From the NCBI GenBank assembly GCA_903874055.1, contig CAIQQR010000112.1:1467-65466 (forward strand): DNA of 64,000 bases, in the 5' to 3' direction. The position numbers and the translations under genes were made by a program. The notes beneath the pieces are model-generated. The model was given only the letters and a program-made list of their open reading frames with translations. It was not told where the DNA came from and did no database searches. Shown here piece by piece: positions 30,144 through 39,349 of the stretch; the first letter of the stretch is position 1; each line of letters opens with the position of its first letter. The DNA is from an uncultured Bacteroidota bacterium. Its GTDB lineage: Bacteria; Bacteroidota; Bacteroidia; Chitinophagales; Chitinophagaceae.

Positions 30144-31241
30144 TTATACGTTGAATCTAAAATGCATCACATCTCCATCCTTTACAATATACTCCTTACC
30201 CTCAATTCTTAATTTGCCATTATCTCTACAAGCTGCCTCACTCTTAAACTTTATAAAATCATCAAACGCAATTACCTCTGCTTTAATAAATCCTTTTTCA
30301 AAATCAGTATGAATTACACTTGCTGCTTGAGGTGCCTTCCATCCATTACCAATTGTCCATGCACGTACTTCCTGTACACCAGCAGTGAAGTAGGTTTCTA
30401 AACTCAATAATTTGTAAGCAGATTGAATTAGTCTATTTAATGCAGGCTCTTTCATTTGATATTCTTCCATGAATAATGCCTTATCATCTGGATCTTCCAA
30501 TTCGGTAATTTGGGCTTCGATATTATTACACATCACAATTACTTGAGCACCTTCTTCCTTAGCCATGGCCACTAATTTATCAGAGTATTGATTACCAGTA
30601 TGCATTGATTTTTCATCAACATTAGCAACATACATCACTGGCTTTTCGGTTAATAAAAAAATATCAGCAATTGCGGCTGCTTCTTCTTTTGATAGCCCTA
30701 ATGATCGTATACTTTTTCCTTGTTCAAGATGCGCTTTACATTTAATTAAAACCTCTAATTCAACTTTTGCTTTAGGGTCAGTTTTTGCCATTTTTTCTGA
30801 ACGAGCCATTTTCTTTTCCACACTATCTAAATCCTTTAATTGTAATTCTGTTTCAATTATTTCTTTATCACCAATTGGATTTATCACACCTTCTTCTCTC
30901 AATACATTCTCATCTTCAAAACAACGAATCACATGAATAATGGCACTTACCTCACGAATATTGGCAAGGAATTTATTTCCTAAACCTTCCCCCTTACTTG
31001 CTCCTTTCACTAAACCAGCAATATCTACAATTTCTAATTGGGTAGGAACGATTCTTTGAGGGATAATTAATTCGGCCAATTGTTGCAATCTATTGTCTGG
31101 CACATCTACTAAACCAACATTAGGTTCGATGGTGCAAAAACGATAATTGCTTGCTTGTGCTTTTGCACTATTACTAACTGCGTTAAATAAAGTTGATTTT
31201 CCAACATTTGGAAGTCCCACAATACCTGCTTGTAATGCCAT
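30144..31241 (-). CDS. ychF: Redox-regulated ribosome-binding ATPase YchF
   Basis: [17 protein letters not shown]-loop, TGS-like C-terminus, 365 aa. Confidence 0.95.
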   Translation of the reverse strand: MALQAGIVGLPNVGKSTLFNAVSNSAKAQASNYRFCTIEPNVGLVDVPDNRLQQLAELIIPQRIVPTQLEIVDIAGLVKGASKGEGLGNKFLANIREVSAIIHVIRCFEDENVLREEGVINPIGDKEIIETELQLKDLDSVEKKMARSEKMAKTDPKAKVELEVLIKCKAHLEQGKSIRSLGLSKEEAAAIADIFLLTEKPVMYVANVDEKSMHTGNQYSDKLVAMAKEEGAQVIVMCNNIEAQITELEDPDDKALFMEEYQMKEPALNRLIQSAYKLLSLETYFTAGVQEVRAWTIGNGWKAPQAASVIHTDFEKGFIKAEVIAFDDFIKFKSEAACRDNGKLRIEGKEYIVKDGDVMHFRFNV

Positions 31242-31264
31242 AACTGTTTCTATTTTAAGTGCCG

Positions 31265-31272
31265 CAAAAATA
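31265..31272 (-). promoter_or_regulatory. Candidate -7 box (TATTTTTG on the minus strand) for ychF
   Basis: CAAAAATA on the plus strand, 24 nt upstream of the ychF start. Confidence 0.4.
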
Positions 31273-31321
31273 CAATTCTAATTGCAAAATGGGCTATATT
31301 AGTACCACAAACAATTCAACT

Positions 31322-32554
31322 ATGGCAATGAATATTATCTGGATGGCCTTTTTTGTGATTGCATTTATCATTGCACTTATAAAATTGGTGTTTTTTGGGG
31401 ATACAGAGATATTTAAGCTTCTTTCAGATGGGATGTTTGATGCTGCTAAATCATCAGTGTTAGAGGTAGCATTTCCATTAGCAGGTACCATGGTTTTTTT
31501 CCTTGGATTAATGAATATTGCCGAAAAAGCGGGAGCGGTGCAAAAATTAGCTAAATGGATGAACCCATTTTTGAGCAGGCTTTTTCCTGAGGTGCCAGCC
31601 AATCATCCTGCAATGGGTCATATGGTGATGAATTTTAGTGCTAATATGTTAGGATTAGATAATGCAGCCACACCATTTGCATTAAAAGCAATGGAAAGTT
31701 TACAAGGGTTAAATCCTGAAAAAGAAAAAGCGACCAATGCACAAATCATGTTTTTGGTTTTACATACAAGTGGTTTAACCATCATTCCTTTAAGCATTAT
31801 ATCATATCGTTTAGCTGCTGGTTCACAAAATGCCGCTAGTATATTTATTCCTTGTGTCTTAGCAACCATAGGTACTACCTTAGCTTCAATTATTATGGTT
31901 GGGTTTTATCAAAAAATAAAATGGGATAGGGTACTTGTTGGTTGGCTATTAGGACTCTTTGCTTTTATGTGTTTAGTCATGTTAGGTGTAAATAGTTTAA
32001 GTCCTGTTAATAAAGAGATATTTTCAAAAATAGCAGGATCAAGTATCCTAATGAGCTTAGTTGTTTTAATTATTGTAGGTGGAGTATATAAAAAAGTGGC
32101 TGTATTTGATGCTTTTATTGAAGGTGCTAAAAATGGGTTTGATGTAATCATTAAAATTATCCCATACTTAGTAGCCATGTTAGTGGCGATACGTGTTTTT
32201 AGAGATAGTGGTGCCATGAATTATGTTTTAAACGTATTAACTTGGCTTATAAATTTAACTGGGATCAATACTGATTTTGTTGGGGCACTTCCTGTTGCGA
32301 TTATGAGGCCATTAAGTGGAAGTGGTTCAAGAGCCTTAATGTTAGATGTTTTTAAAACACAAGGGGCGGATTCTTTTCTTGGAAAATTAGCATCCATATT
32401 TCAAGGCTCAGCGGATACCACCTTTTATATTATAGCATTATATTTTGGAAGTGTCGGTATCAAGAAAGTGCGATACGCTGTATGGGCTGGGTTATTAGCC
32501 GATTTAATGGGCGTAGTAATAGCCATATTAATTGGCTATACTTTTTTTAAGTAA
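31322..32554 (+). CDS. Nucleoside-recognition (Gate) domain membrane protein, fused SpmA/SpmB-like
   Basis: Polytopic membrane protein. The N-terminus MAMNIIWMAFFVIA is typical of SpmA-like proteins. The ORF-track GTG at 31259 would lie in the ychF promoter region, so the ATG at 31322 is preferred. Confidence 0.75.
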   Translation: MAMNIIWMAFFVIAFIIALIKLVFFGDTEIFKLLSDGMFDAAKSSVLEVAFPLAGTMVFFLGLMNIAEKAGAVQKLAKWMNPFLSRLFPEVPANHPAMGHMVMNFSANMLGLDNAATPFALKAMESLQGLNPEKEKATNAQIMFLVLHTSGLTIIPLSIISYRLAAGSQNAASIFIPCVLATIGTTLASIIMVGFYQKIKWDRVLVGWLLGLFAFMCLVMLGVNSLSPVNKEIFSKIAGSSILMSLVVLIIVGGVYKKVAVFDAFIEGAKNGFDVIIKIIPYLVAMLVAIRVFRDSGAMNYVLNVLTWLINLTGINTDFVGALPVAIMRPLSGSGSRALMLDVFKTQGADSFLGKLASIFQGSADTTFYIIALYFGSVGIKKVRYAVWAGLLADLMGVVIAILIGYTFFK

Positions 32555-32558
32555 TAGA

Positions 32559-32969
32559 TTACAAACCAGCACTCATTTTCATGACTTCTTCCCATTCAGC
32601 ATCTGTAACTGGTTGTACTGATAATCTTCCTAAGCGTACTAAAGCCATATTAGCCAAATTTGTATTGGCTTTTACATCCCCTAATTTTACTGGATTTTTT
32701 AATTTTTTATGCGGGGCAAAGTCAACAGCAACCCATGCAGTTTCTTCGGTAGTTGGATCTTGATATGCTTCTTTAACTACTTTTGCAATGCCGACAATTT
32801 CCATTCCTTCATTGCTATGGTACCAGAAAGCAAAGTCTCCTTTTTTCATAGCACGCAAATTATTTCTTGCACCATAATTTCTTACCCCATCCCAAAATGT
32901 TTTTTTGTCTTTTACAAATTGATCCCAAGAATATTTAAATGGTTCGGATTTAATTAGCCAATAAGCCAT
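32559..32969 (-). CDS. EVE (PUA-like) domain protein
   Basis: MAYWLIKSEP...W.GVRNY.ARNNLR.MK.GD is the classic EVE/DUF55 N-terminus. 136 aa. Confidence 0.85.
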   Translation of the reverse strand: MAYWLIKSEPFKYSWDQFVKDKKTFWDGVRNYGARNNLRAMKKGDFAFWYHSNEGMEIVGIAKVVKEAYQDPTTEETAWVAVDFAPHKKLKNPVKLGDVKANTNLANMALVRLGRLSVQPVTDAEWEEVMKMSAGL

Positions 32970-33014
32970 TATCTAATTATTAAAAAGTTATTAATTATGC
33001 TTAGAAAGTATTTC

Positions 33015-33734
33015 TTAATATCCACTTGCTAATATATCTGCTAAGTGTAATACTTTTATTGCTTGACCATTAAAGTTGATTCGCCCATCTAAGTGCATCA
33101 AACAACTCATGTCGGTACTTACTATATATTCTGCTTCGGTAATAATTGCATTGTCAATTTTTTGATCAGCCATGGCCACACTAATGTTATCATACTTTAC
33201 AGCAAAGCTTCCTCCAAAACCACAACAAATATCTGTAGCATTCATTTCTACCAATTCAATTCCTTTTACTTGATTTAATAAGGTTCTTGGAGCTTCTTTA
33301 ATTTTACATTCTCTCAATCCAGCACAACTATCATGATAGGTAATTTTTGCATTAAACTCGGCACCTAAATCAGTTACATTTAAAATCTTAGTTAGAAATT
33401 CAGAAAGTTCAAATATTTGGTTGGAAACTTTTTTTGCTTGACTTTGAAATGCATTGTTTTGAAATAGTTGTCCATAATTATTTCTAACGAATCCTGTACA
33501 ACTGGCGCTGGGACTAACGATATAATCAACACCATCAAAATCTTGCACAAATTTGGTACAAACATCTTTTGCCTCACCCCAAAAACCTGCATTAAAAGCG
33601 GGTTGACCGCAACAGGTTTGTTGGTCATTATACTTAACCAAACAACCCGCTTTTTCCAACACCTTAATAGTGTTAAATGCAACCTGTGGATACAACTGGT
33701 CAATAAAACATGGAACAAATAACTGAACTGTCAT
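33015..33734 (-). CDS. lutA: (Fe-S)-binding CCG-domain protein, LutA/GlcF-like
   Basis: Two CCG motifs (QQTCCGQPAFNAG, DICCGFGGSF). Start set to the ATG at 33734 because a terminator hairpin occupies 33759-33788 inside the longer ORF. Confidence 0.75.
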   Translation of the reverse strand: MTVQLFVPCFIDQLYPQVAFNTIKVLEKAGCLVKYNDQQTCCGQPAFNAGFWGEAKDVCTKFVQDFDGVDYIVSPSASCTGFVRNNYGQLFQNNAFQSQAKKVSNQIFELSEFLTKILNVTDLGAEFNAKITYHDSCAGLRECKIKEAPRTLLNQVKGIELVEMNATDICCGFGGSFAVKYDNISVAMADQKIDNAIITEAEYIVSTDMSCLMHLDGRINFNGQAIKVLHLADILASGY

Positions 33735-33737
33735 AAT

Positions 33738-33745
33738 CAAATTTA
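33738..33745 (-). promoter_or_regulatory. Candidate -7 box (TAAATTTG on the minus strand) abutting the lutA start
   Basis: CAAATTTA on the plus strand begins 4 nt upstream of the start codon. This would imply a leaderless or near-leaderless mRNA. Confidence 0.3.
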
Positions 33746-33758
33746 ACAAGATTATACT

Positions 33759-33788
33759 AAAATGAGCCTCTGTTGGGAGACTCATTTT
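33759..33788 (-). terminator. Hairpin terminator downstream of the YfgM-like TPR gene
   Basis: 12-bp stem (AAAATGAGCCTC / GAGACTCATTTT, one mismatch) with a 6-nt loop. A/T tracts are built into and flank the stem. Confidence 0.6.
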
Positions 33789-33823
33789 AGTATTTTTTAT
33801 AAAAAACCTTTTAAAGGAAATTT

Positions 33824-34480
33824 TTATGGTTGAACCTGCAAACGATAAATGTATTTATCAGCTGTAAATCCTTTTTCAGATTTTGGAAATTTCGCTTTGA
33901 TTTCTTTGTAAATTGCTAAAGCTTCATCGTTCTTTCCTAAAGTTTCTAATAAAGATGCTGCGCGGAACAAATATTCAGATGAAATACCATCATCTTCAGG
34001 GAAGTAAGATCCAGCTTTTTTATAGGCTGCAATTGCTTCCTCATTCTTTTTTAATTCAGAATAGGCATCACCTGTTGTACCAAAAGCAATGGCTTGTACT
34101 TGTTTTGCATCAGTAGAAAAATCTTTTAAATATTCAATAGATTTGTTAAAATCACCTGTTCTAAAATAACTGATACCTGCATAGTATTTGGCTAAGTTAG
34201 CTGCACTTGTTCCGCTATATTCTTTAATGATATAAAGTACTCCTTTGTTAGTACCATCACCATTTAAAACTAAATTAGAAGAATCCTGTGCGAAATATTT
34301 TTCAGCAGCGAACATTGCATCTGCAGCTTTTGCTTCACGTGGTTTTTGATATAATTCAGTAAATCCAAAATAACCACCTAATACAAATACTACAATTACA
34401 ACTAATGCTGTTAAAGCTTTTTGGTTATTTTTTACAAAATCCAAGAATGGATGTTTTTCTGATGTGTTTAATTCGCTCAT
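33824..34480 (-). CDS. Membrane-anchored TPR protein (YfgM/TPR_21-like)
   Basis: One N-terminal TM (ALTALVVIVVFVLGGYFGF) followed by TPR-like helices. 218 aa. Confidence 0.65.
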   Translation of the reverse strand: MSELNTSEKHPFLDFVKNNQKALTALVVIVVFVLGGYFGFTELYQKPREAKAADAMFAAEKYFAQDSSNLVLNGDGTNKGVLYIIKEYSGTSAANLAKYYAGISYFRTGDFNKSIEYLKDFSTDAKQVQAIAFGTTGDAYSELKKNEEAIAAYKKAGSYFPEDDGISSEYLFRAASLLETLGKNDEALAIYKEIKAKFPKSEKGFTADKYIYRLQVQP

Positions 34481-34506
34481 GTTATTTTATTATTCTTTTT
34501 AATTTA

Positions 34507-35502
34507 TTAGTCTACGATAAAAGGATAAGATTGATCAATGTATACATCTTTCAAAACTTCGCTATCATCAGGCCAAGGACTTTCTTCCGCAAATTTTACA
34601 GAACCTTCTACGATGGCAGCAATTTTATCATCAATTGCTTTTAAATCAGCTTCAGTTGCAAAATTATTAGACAAAATGGTTTGCGTTACTTTAGTGATAG
34701 GATCTTGACTCTTGTATTCTTCTACCTCATCCTTAGATCTGTATTTTTGAGGATCTGAAACAGAGTGACCTTTGTAACGATAAGTTTTCATTTCTAAAAG
34801 GGTAGGACCATCTCCTTCACGCGCGCGCTTAACTGCTCTTGCAACACTTTCATGAACCGCTTCGGCAGTCATTCCATCTACTTTATCAGATGGCATTTCA
34901 TAAGCGTCGGCTAATTTATAAATATCAATTACGTTACTTGTTCTTTCAATGGAAGTACCCATTGCGTAGTTATTGTTTTCACAAATAAACACTACAGGTA
35001 ATTTCCATAACATTGCTAAGTTAAACACCTCATGCAACATACCTTGTCGTGCCGCACCGTCTCCGAAAAAACATAATACTACATTTTTTGAACCACGATA
35101 TTGTTCAGCAAAAGCCAAACCAGCACCAGTTCCAATTTGTGCACCAACAATACCATGACCACCAAAAAAGTAATTGGCTTTATCAAACAAGTGCATACTT
35201 CCACCTTTACCTTTAGAACAACCTGTTGCTTTGCCATACAATTCAGCCATGGCAGCATTAGGGCTCATTCCTTTAGCTAAGGCTAATCCGTGATCACGAT
35301 ACCCCGTAATAAATGGGTCTTCGTGGTTAGTGGCTGTCATACAACCCGCGGCAATAGCTTCTTGTCCATTGTACACGTGGAAAAATCCTCTGATTTTACC
35401 AGCCATTTTATACATTTCTTCTGATTTGGATTCAAACTGACGAATTAATTGCATCAATTCATACCAATACAGGTAAGTTTCTTTTGAAAAATTTTGGGCC
35501 AC
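34507..35502 (-). CDS. pdhA: Pyruvate dehydrogenase (acetyl-transferring) E1 component alpha subunit
   Basis: ThDP motif region GDGAARQG...NN. The YRYKGHSVSDP motif is typical of E1-alpha. GTG start. Confidence 0.9.
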   Translation of the reverse strand: MAQNFSKETYLYWYELMQLIRQFESKSEEMYKMAGKIRGFFHVYNGQEAIAAGCMTATNHEDPFITGYRDHGLALAKGMSPNAAMAELYGKATGCSKGKGGSMHLFDKANYFFGGHGIVGAQIGTGAGLAFAEQYRGSKNVVLCFFGDGAARQGMLHEVFNLAMLWKLPVVFICENNNYAMGTSIERTSNVIDIYKLADAYEMPSDKVDGMTAEAVHESVARAVKRAREGDGPTLLEMKTYRYKGHSVSDPQKYRSKDEVEEYKSQDPITKVTQTILSNNFATEADLKAIDDKIAAIVEGSVKFAEESPWPDDSEVLKDVYIDQSYPFIVD

Positions 35503-35522
35503 AGTCCTTTAATTTTGAGTCG

Positions 35523-35530
35523 CAAATATA
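35523..35530 (-). promoter_or_regulatory. Candidate -7 box (TATATTTG on the minus strand) for pdhA
   Basis: CAAATATA on the plus strand, 21 nt upstream of the GTG start. Confidence 0.4.
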
Positions 35531-35563
35531 ATGTTTTCGCTTTAAAATTGAGCAAAAACAGCC

Positions 35564-37195
35564 TTATGCTTCGTTTAAAAATGGGTATTTATAGTCAGTT
35601 GGGGGATTAAATGTCTCTTTAATGGTTCTAGCGCTTAACCAACGATACAAATTCAACATACTTCCAGCCTTATCATTGGTTCCAGAAGCCCTTGCTCCAC
35701 CAAATGGTTGTTGACCTACAACCGCCCCAGTTGGTTTGTCATTAATGTAGAAATTTCCAGCTGCATGACGTAATTTTTGAGTAGCAAATTCAATGGCTTC
35801 ACGATCTTGAGCAATTATAGCACCCGTAAGTGCATATTTAGAAGTTGAATTTAATAAATCCAAAGTCTTTTCAAATTTAGCAGCTGGATAGGTATAAATA
35901 GTTAACACTGGACCAAATATTTCCTCACACATGGTTAGGTATTTTGGATCAGTAGTTTCAATAACTGTTGGCTCCACGAAATAGCCCAACTTTTTGCTAT
36001 AATTACCGCCTACTAATATTTTAGCTTTTTTATCCTTTTTTGCTTTGTTAATATAACCAGTGATTTTATCAAATGATTTTTCACTAATTACAGCATTTAC
36101 AAAATTGGAAAAATCTTCTACCGAACCTACTTTCATAGTTTGAACTGCCTTCACTAATTTCTCTTTAATACTTGCAGCTAAATTGTTTGGTAGATAAGCT
36201 CTTGAAGCAGCAGAACATTTTTGCCCTTGATATTCAAAAGCACCTCTAGCCAATGCAGCAACAACGGTATCAACATCCGCAGAAGGATGTACCATTACAA
36301 AATCTTTACCTCCAGTTTCTCCAACAATTCTAGGATAAGATTTATAGTTTCCTATGTTTTCACCAATTTGTTTCCACATATGATTGAACACTCCAGTTGA
36401 ACCTGTAAAGTGAACCCCTGCAAAATCAGGATGCTTAAAACATACATCCCCTAAAACAGGACCATCTACATAAACCATATTAATGACACCATCAGGAAGC
36501 CCCGCTTCCTTTAATATTTTCATAAATAATTGAGCTGAATAAATTTGAGCATCTGAAGGTTTCCAAACTACTACATTACCACACATTGCAGCAGAAGCAG
36601 GTAAATTAGCACCAATGGCTGTAAAATTAAATGGAGTTACTGCTAACACAAATCCTTCTAATCCACGCCATTCCATTCTATTATGAATTCCAGGAGCTGA
36701 TACAGGTTGTTGCTTATAAATTTCACTCAAAAAGTGAACATTAAATCTTAAAAAATCAATCAACTCACAAGCAGCATCAATCTCTGCTTGAAATGCGTTT
36801 TTACTTTGACCTAACATGGTTGCGGCGTTCATTTCAAAACGATATTTTGTCGCCAATAAATCTGCCGCTTTTAAAAATATATGCGCTCTTGATTCCCAAC
36901 TCATATTGGACCAATTTTCACGCACTTTAAGAGCAGCGTTAATTGCTTGATCAACATGTTGTTTGGTACCTAGGTGAAAATGTCCAAGCGTATGGCTAAT
37001 TTCATGAGGAGGGTGAATGGCAATTTTTTTACCAGTACGCACTGCCTTCCCGTTAATGTACATTGGGATATCTAAAGTCTTTTTCTTTAAACTTAATAAT
37101 GCTTTTTTTAAAGCTATTTTTTCTGGAGTGCCAGGAGCATAAGATAAAACGGGTTCGTTGCCTGGGCTTGGGTAATTAAAATATCCAATTTGCAT
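35564..37195 (-). CDS. pruA: L-glutamate gamma-semialdehyde (1-pyrroline-5-carboxylate) dehydrogenase
   Basis: Aldehyde dehydrogenase fold (ETGGKD, GQKCSAASR catalytic Cys). Length and N-terminus are typical of long-form PruA. Start set to the ATG at 37195 because a -7 box lies at 37214-37221, inside the longer ORF. Confidence 0.88.
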   Translation of the reverse strand: MQIGYFNYPSPGNEPVLSYAPGTPEKIALKKALLSLKKKTLDIPMYINGKAVRTGKKIAIHPPHEISHTLGHFHLGTKQHVDQAINAALKVRENWSNMSWESRAHIFLKAADLLATKYRFEMNAATMLGQSKNAFQAEIDAACELIDFLRFNVHFLSEIYKQQPVSAPGIHNRMEWRGLEGFVLAVTPFNFTAIGANLPASAAMCGNVVVWKPSDAQIYSAQLFMKILKEAGLPDGVINMVYVDGPVLGDVCFKHPDFAGVHFTGSTGVFNHMWKQIGENIGNYKSYPRIVGETGGKDFVMVHPSADVDTVVAALARGAFEYQGQKCSAASRAYLPNNLAASIKEKLVKAVQTMKVGSVEDFSNFVNAVISEKSFDKITGYINKAKKDKKAKILVGGNYSKKLGYFVEPTVIETTDPKYLTMCEEIFGPVLTIYTYPAAKFEKTLDLLNSTSKYALTGAIIAQDREAIEFATQKLRHAAGNFYINDKPTGAVVGQQPFGGARASGTNDKAGSMLNLYRWLSARTIKETFNPPTDYKYPFLNEA

Positions 37196-37213
37196 ATTGA
37201 TAGAATTAGAGCA

Positions 37214-37221
37214 CAAAAATA
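37214..37221 (-). promoter_or_regulatory. Candidate -7 box (TATTTTTG on the minus strand) for pruA
   Basis: CAAAAATA on the plus strand, 19 nt upstream of the ATG at 37195. Confidence 0.4.
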
Positions 37222-37274
37222 AGCATTTAATAAACATCTGTTAGGAAATGAACAAAGTGATTAGAAGATTACAT

Positions 37275-37282
37275 TAAATTTG
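37275..37282 (+). promoter_or_regulatory. Candidate -7 box (TAAATTTG) for the GlmU-like gene
   Basis: TAAATTTG lies 17 nt upstream of the ATG at 37300. Confidence 0.4.
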
Positions 37283-37299
37283 TTCAATAAATTTAACCC

Positions 37300-38475
37300 A
37301 TGCGTTATATATTAGTAGACATCCCTGACAGAGAAAATTTTTACCCTTTCACTTTAACAAGGTCTTTGGCTGATTGTAGGGTTGGGATATTTACTTTTAA
37401 AGAAAGATGGGAACATTATTTAAAGGAAACCGCTGGTGTGTATGCCGTAAATTATTTGCAGGTTTTATACACTGAAAATGATTCGAATAAAGATTTTTTA
37501 TTGAATAATGAGTCGTTGTTTTTTATTAATATCACGGCTATACCAAATGACAATTTAATTGCTAGCATCAAGGAATTAAAACAAGGCGAAAAACTAGTGA
37601 ATGAAAAAGGTAAATGGATTGCTACAAAAACAAAAGAACGTGCTATTCCTAAAATATTACTAGCCGAATTTCCACCTATTAATTATGCTGGGGTTGAATT
37701 TATTAATGACGCTATGCATTTATTAAAATTACACCCTTCTTTTATTCAGAAAGATTTTGAATTTATAATTGCGCAAAGAACTAGTGTCAAAACCAATGAC
37801 ACCAACCACCTAATTAATCCAAGTCAAATATTTATTGAAGAAGGAGCACAAGTTTCATGTGCTAATTTAAATGCAAGTGAGGGACCCATATATATTGGCA
37901 AAGAAGCAATTATAATGGAAGGGGTAAGTATTAGAGGTCCATTTGTTTTAGGCAATAAAGGGGTGATAAAAATGAATACAAGTATTTATGGTGCTACTTC
38001 CATTGGTCCAAATTGTCTTGTGGGTGGTGAAATTAAAAACTCCATAATGATGGGAAGTTCCAATAAAGGACATGAAGGTTATTTGGGAGATAGTATTATT
38101 GGATATTGGTGTAATTTAGGTGCAGGTACATCCAATAGTAATATAAAGAATACTGCGGGTCCTATTCAAATGTGGAATGAGGCAAAGCAATTATGGGAGA
38201 CCATCGGTCAAAAAATGGGTATGTTGGTAGGAGATTATACAAGATTTGCCATTCATTCTAGTATCAATACAGGTTCCTATATTGGTGTTTGTGCAAATAT
38301 TTTTGGAAACGGATTACTCCCTAAAAATATCCCCAATTTTACTTGGGGTGTTACTCCAGGTTATCGAATTGAAGAGATATTTGAAGACATCAATAACTGG
38401 AAAAAATTAAAGGGAATTATCATTTCAGAAGAGGAAAAACAAGTATTGGAACATCTCCATAAACAGTCTGTATAA
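37300..38475 (+). CDS. GlmU-family putative sugar nucleotidyltransferase/acyltransferase (left-handed beta-helix)
   Basis: The C-terminal half has hexapeptide-repeat periodicity (IGPNCLVGGEIKNSIMMGSSNKGHEGYLGDSIIG...). The N-terminal domain is nucleotidyltransferase-like but divergent. Confidence 0.65.
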   Translation: MRYILVDIPDRENFYPFTLTRSLADCRVGIFTFKERWEHYLKETAGVYAVNYLQVLYTENDSNKDFLLNNESLFFINITAIPNDNLIASIKELKQGEKLVNEKGKWIATKTKERAIPKILLAEFPPINYAGVEFINDAMHLLKLHPSFIQKDFEFIIAQRTSVKTNDTNHLINPSQIFIEEGAQVSCANLNASEGPIYIGKEAIIMEGVSIRGPFVLGNKGVIKMNTSIYGATSIGPNCLVGGEIKNSIMMGSSNKGHEGYLGDSIIGYWCNLGAGTSNSNIKNTAGPIQMWNEAKQLWETIGQKMGMLVGDYTRFAIHSSINTGSYIGVCANIFGNGLLPKNIPNFTWGVTPGYRIEEIFEDINNWKKLKGIIISEEEKQVLEHLHKQSV

Positions 38476-38562
38476 TACTATATAAATAAGGCTAAAGACT
38501 TTTTTTTAATTACCTTTGCAAGGCAAAAAAGTCCTTATTTTAATATATATAATTTAACTTAT

Positions 38563-39324
38563 ATGAGAAATCAAATCGCTGCAGCAAACTGGAAAATGAA
38601 TTTAAGTCAAAATGAGGCCGAAACCTTATTAGACCAATTATTGGCAACTGAACATAGTTTAGCAGCACATCAGGAAGCAATTTTTGCAGTGCCTGCCATT
38701 TATATACCATTAGCAATCCAAAAATTAACTGGTAAGCAAAACGTTTATGTAGCAGCTCAAAATTGTCATCCAAAAGCAAATGGTGCTTATACTGGTGAAA
38801 TTTCTGCACCCATGTTTGCTTCGGTAGGCGTTAAACATATCGTATTAGGACACTCTGAGCGTCGTGAATATTTTGCAGAATCAGATGCATTTTTAGCAGA
38901 AAAAACAGATGCAGTTTTAGCAGTAGGAAGTACGCCTATATTTTGTTGTGGTGAACCATTAGCTATTCGTGAGGCTGGAACTCAAAATAATTTTGTTGAA
39001 ACTCAATTAATTAATTCATTGTTTCATTTATCAGCTGAACAAATTACAAAAGTAGTAATTGCCTATGAACCTATTTGGGCAATTGGTACTGGTAAAACAG
39101 CAACTAGCGAACAAGCTCAAGAAATACATGCATATATTAGATCGGTATTTGCTGCTAAATATGGTCAGTCTATTGCAGATCAGATATCTATTTTATATGG
39201 TGGTAGTGTTAAAGCAGCTAATGCAAAAGAAATTTTCTCTCAACCAGATGTGGATGGTGGATTAGTGGGTGGTGCTTCCTTAATTGCTACTGAATTTGCA
39301 GCCATTATAAATGCACTTAAATAG
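38563..39324 (+). CDS. tpiA: Triose-phosphate isomerase
   Basis: AANWKMN, GHSERR and AYEPIWAIGTG motifs. Confidence 0.96.
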   Translation: MRNQIAAANWKMNLSQNEAETLLDQLLATEHSLAAHQEAIFAVPAIYIPLAIQKLTGKQNVYVAAQNCHPKANGAYTGEISAPMFASVGVKHIVLGHSERREYFAESDAFLAEKTDAVLAVGSTPIFCCGEPLAIREAGTQNNFVETQLINSLFHLSAEQITKVVIAYEPIWAIGTGKTATSEQAQEIHAYIRSVFAAKYGQSIADQISILYGGSVKAANAKEIFSQPDVDGGLVGGASLIATEFAAIINALK

Positions 39325-39349
39325 ATTTTAAAAAGAATAGTTTCACTAC

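Noticed and set aside
31294-32217. Three consecutive ~100-aa minus-strand ORFs
   Set aside because: They are antisense to the well-supported SpmA/B-like membrane protein. Such open antisense frames are typical in AT-rich sequence.
32559-32969. EVE domain gene as part of a modified-base restriction or defence system
   Set aside because: It is a stand-alone 136-aa EVE protein with no fused or adjacent nuclease, methylase or ATPase. This form is a common housekeeping gene.
33392-33722. 108-aa minus-strand and 84-aa plus-strand ORFs inside lutA
   Set aside because: They are alternative-frame or antisense ORFs within a gene that has clear CCG motifs. Nothing supports them independently.
38540-38809. 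89-aa minus-strand ORF overlapping the tpiA start
   Set aside because: It is antisense to tpiA and to the upstream terminator-like hairpin. It has no recognisable features.
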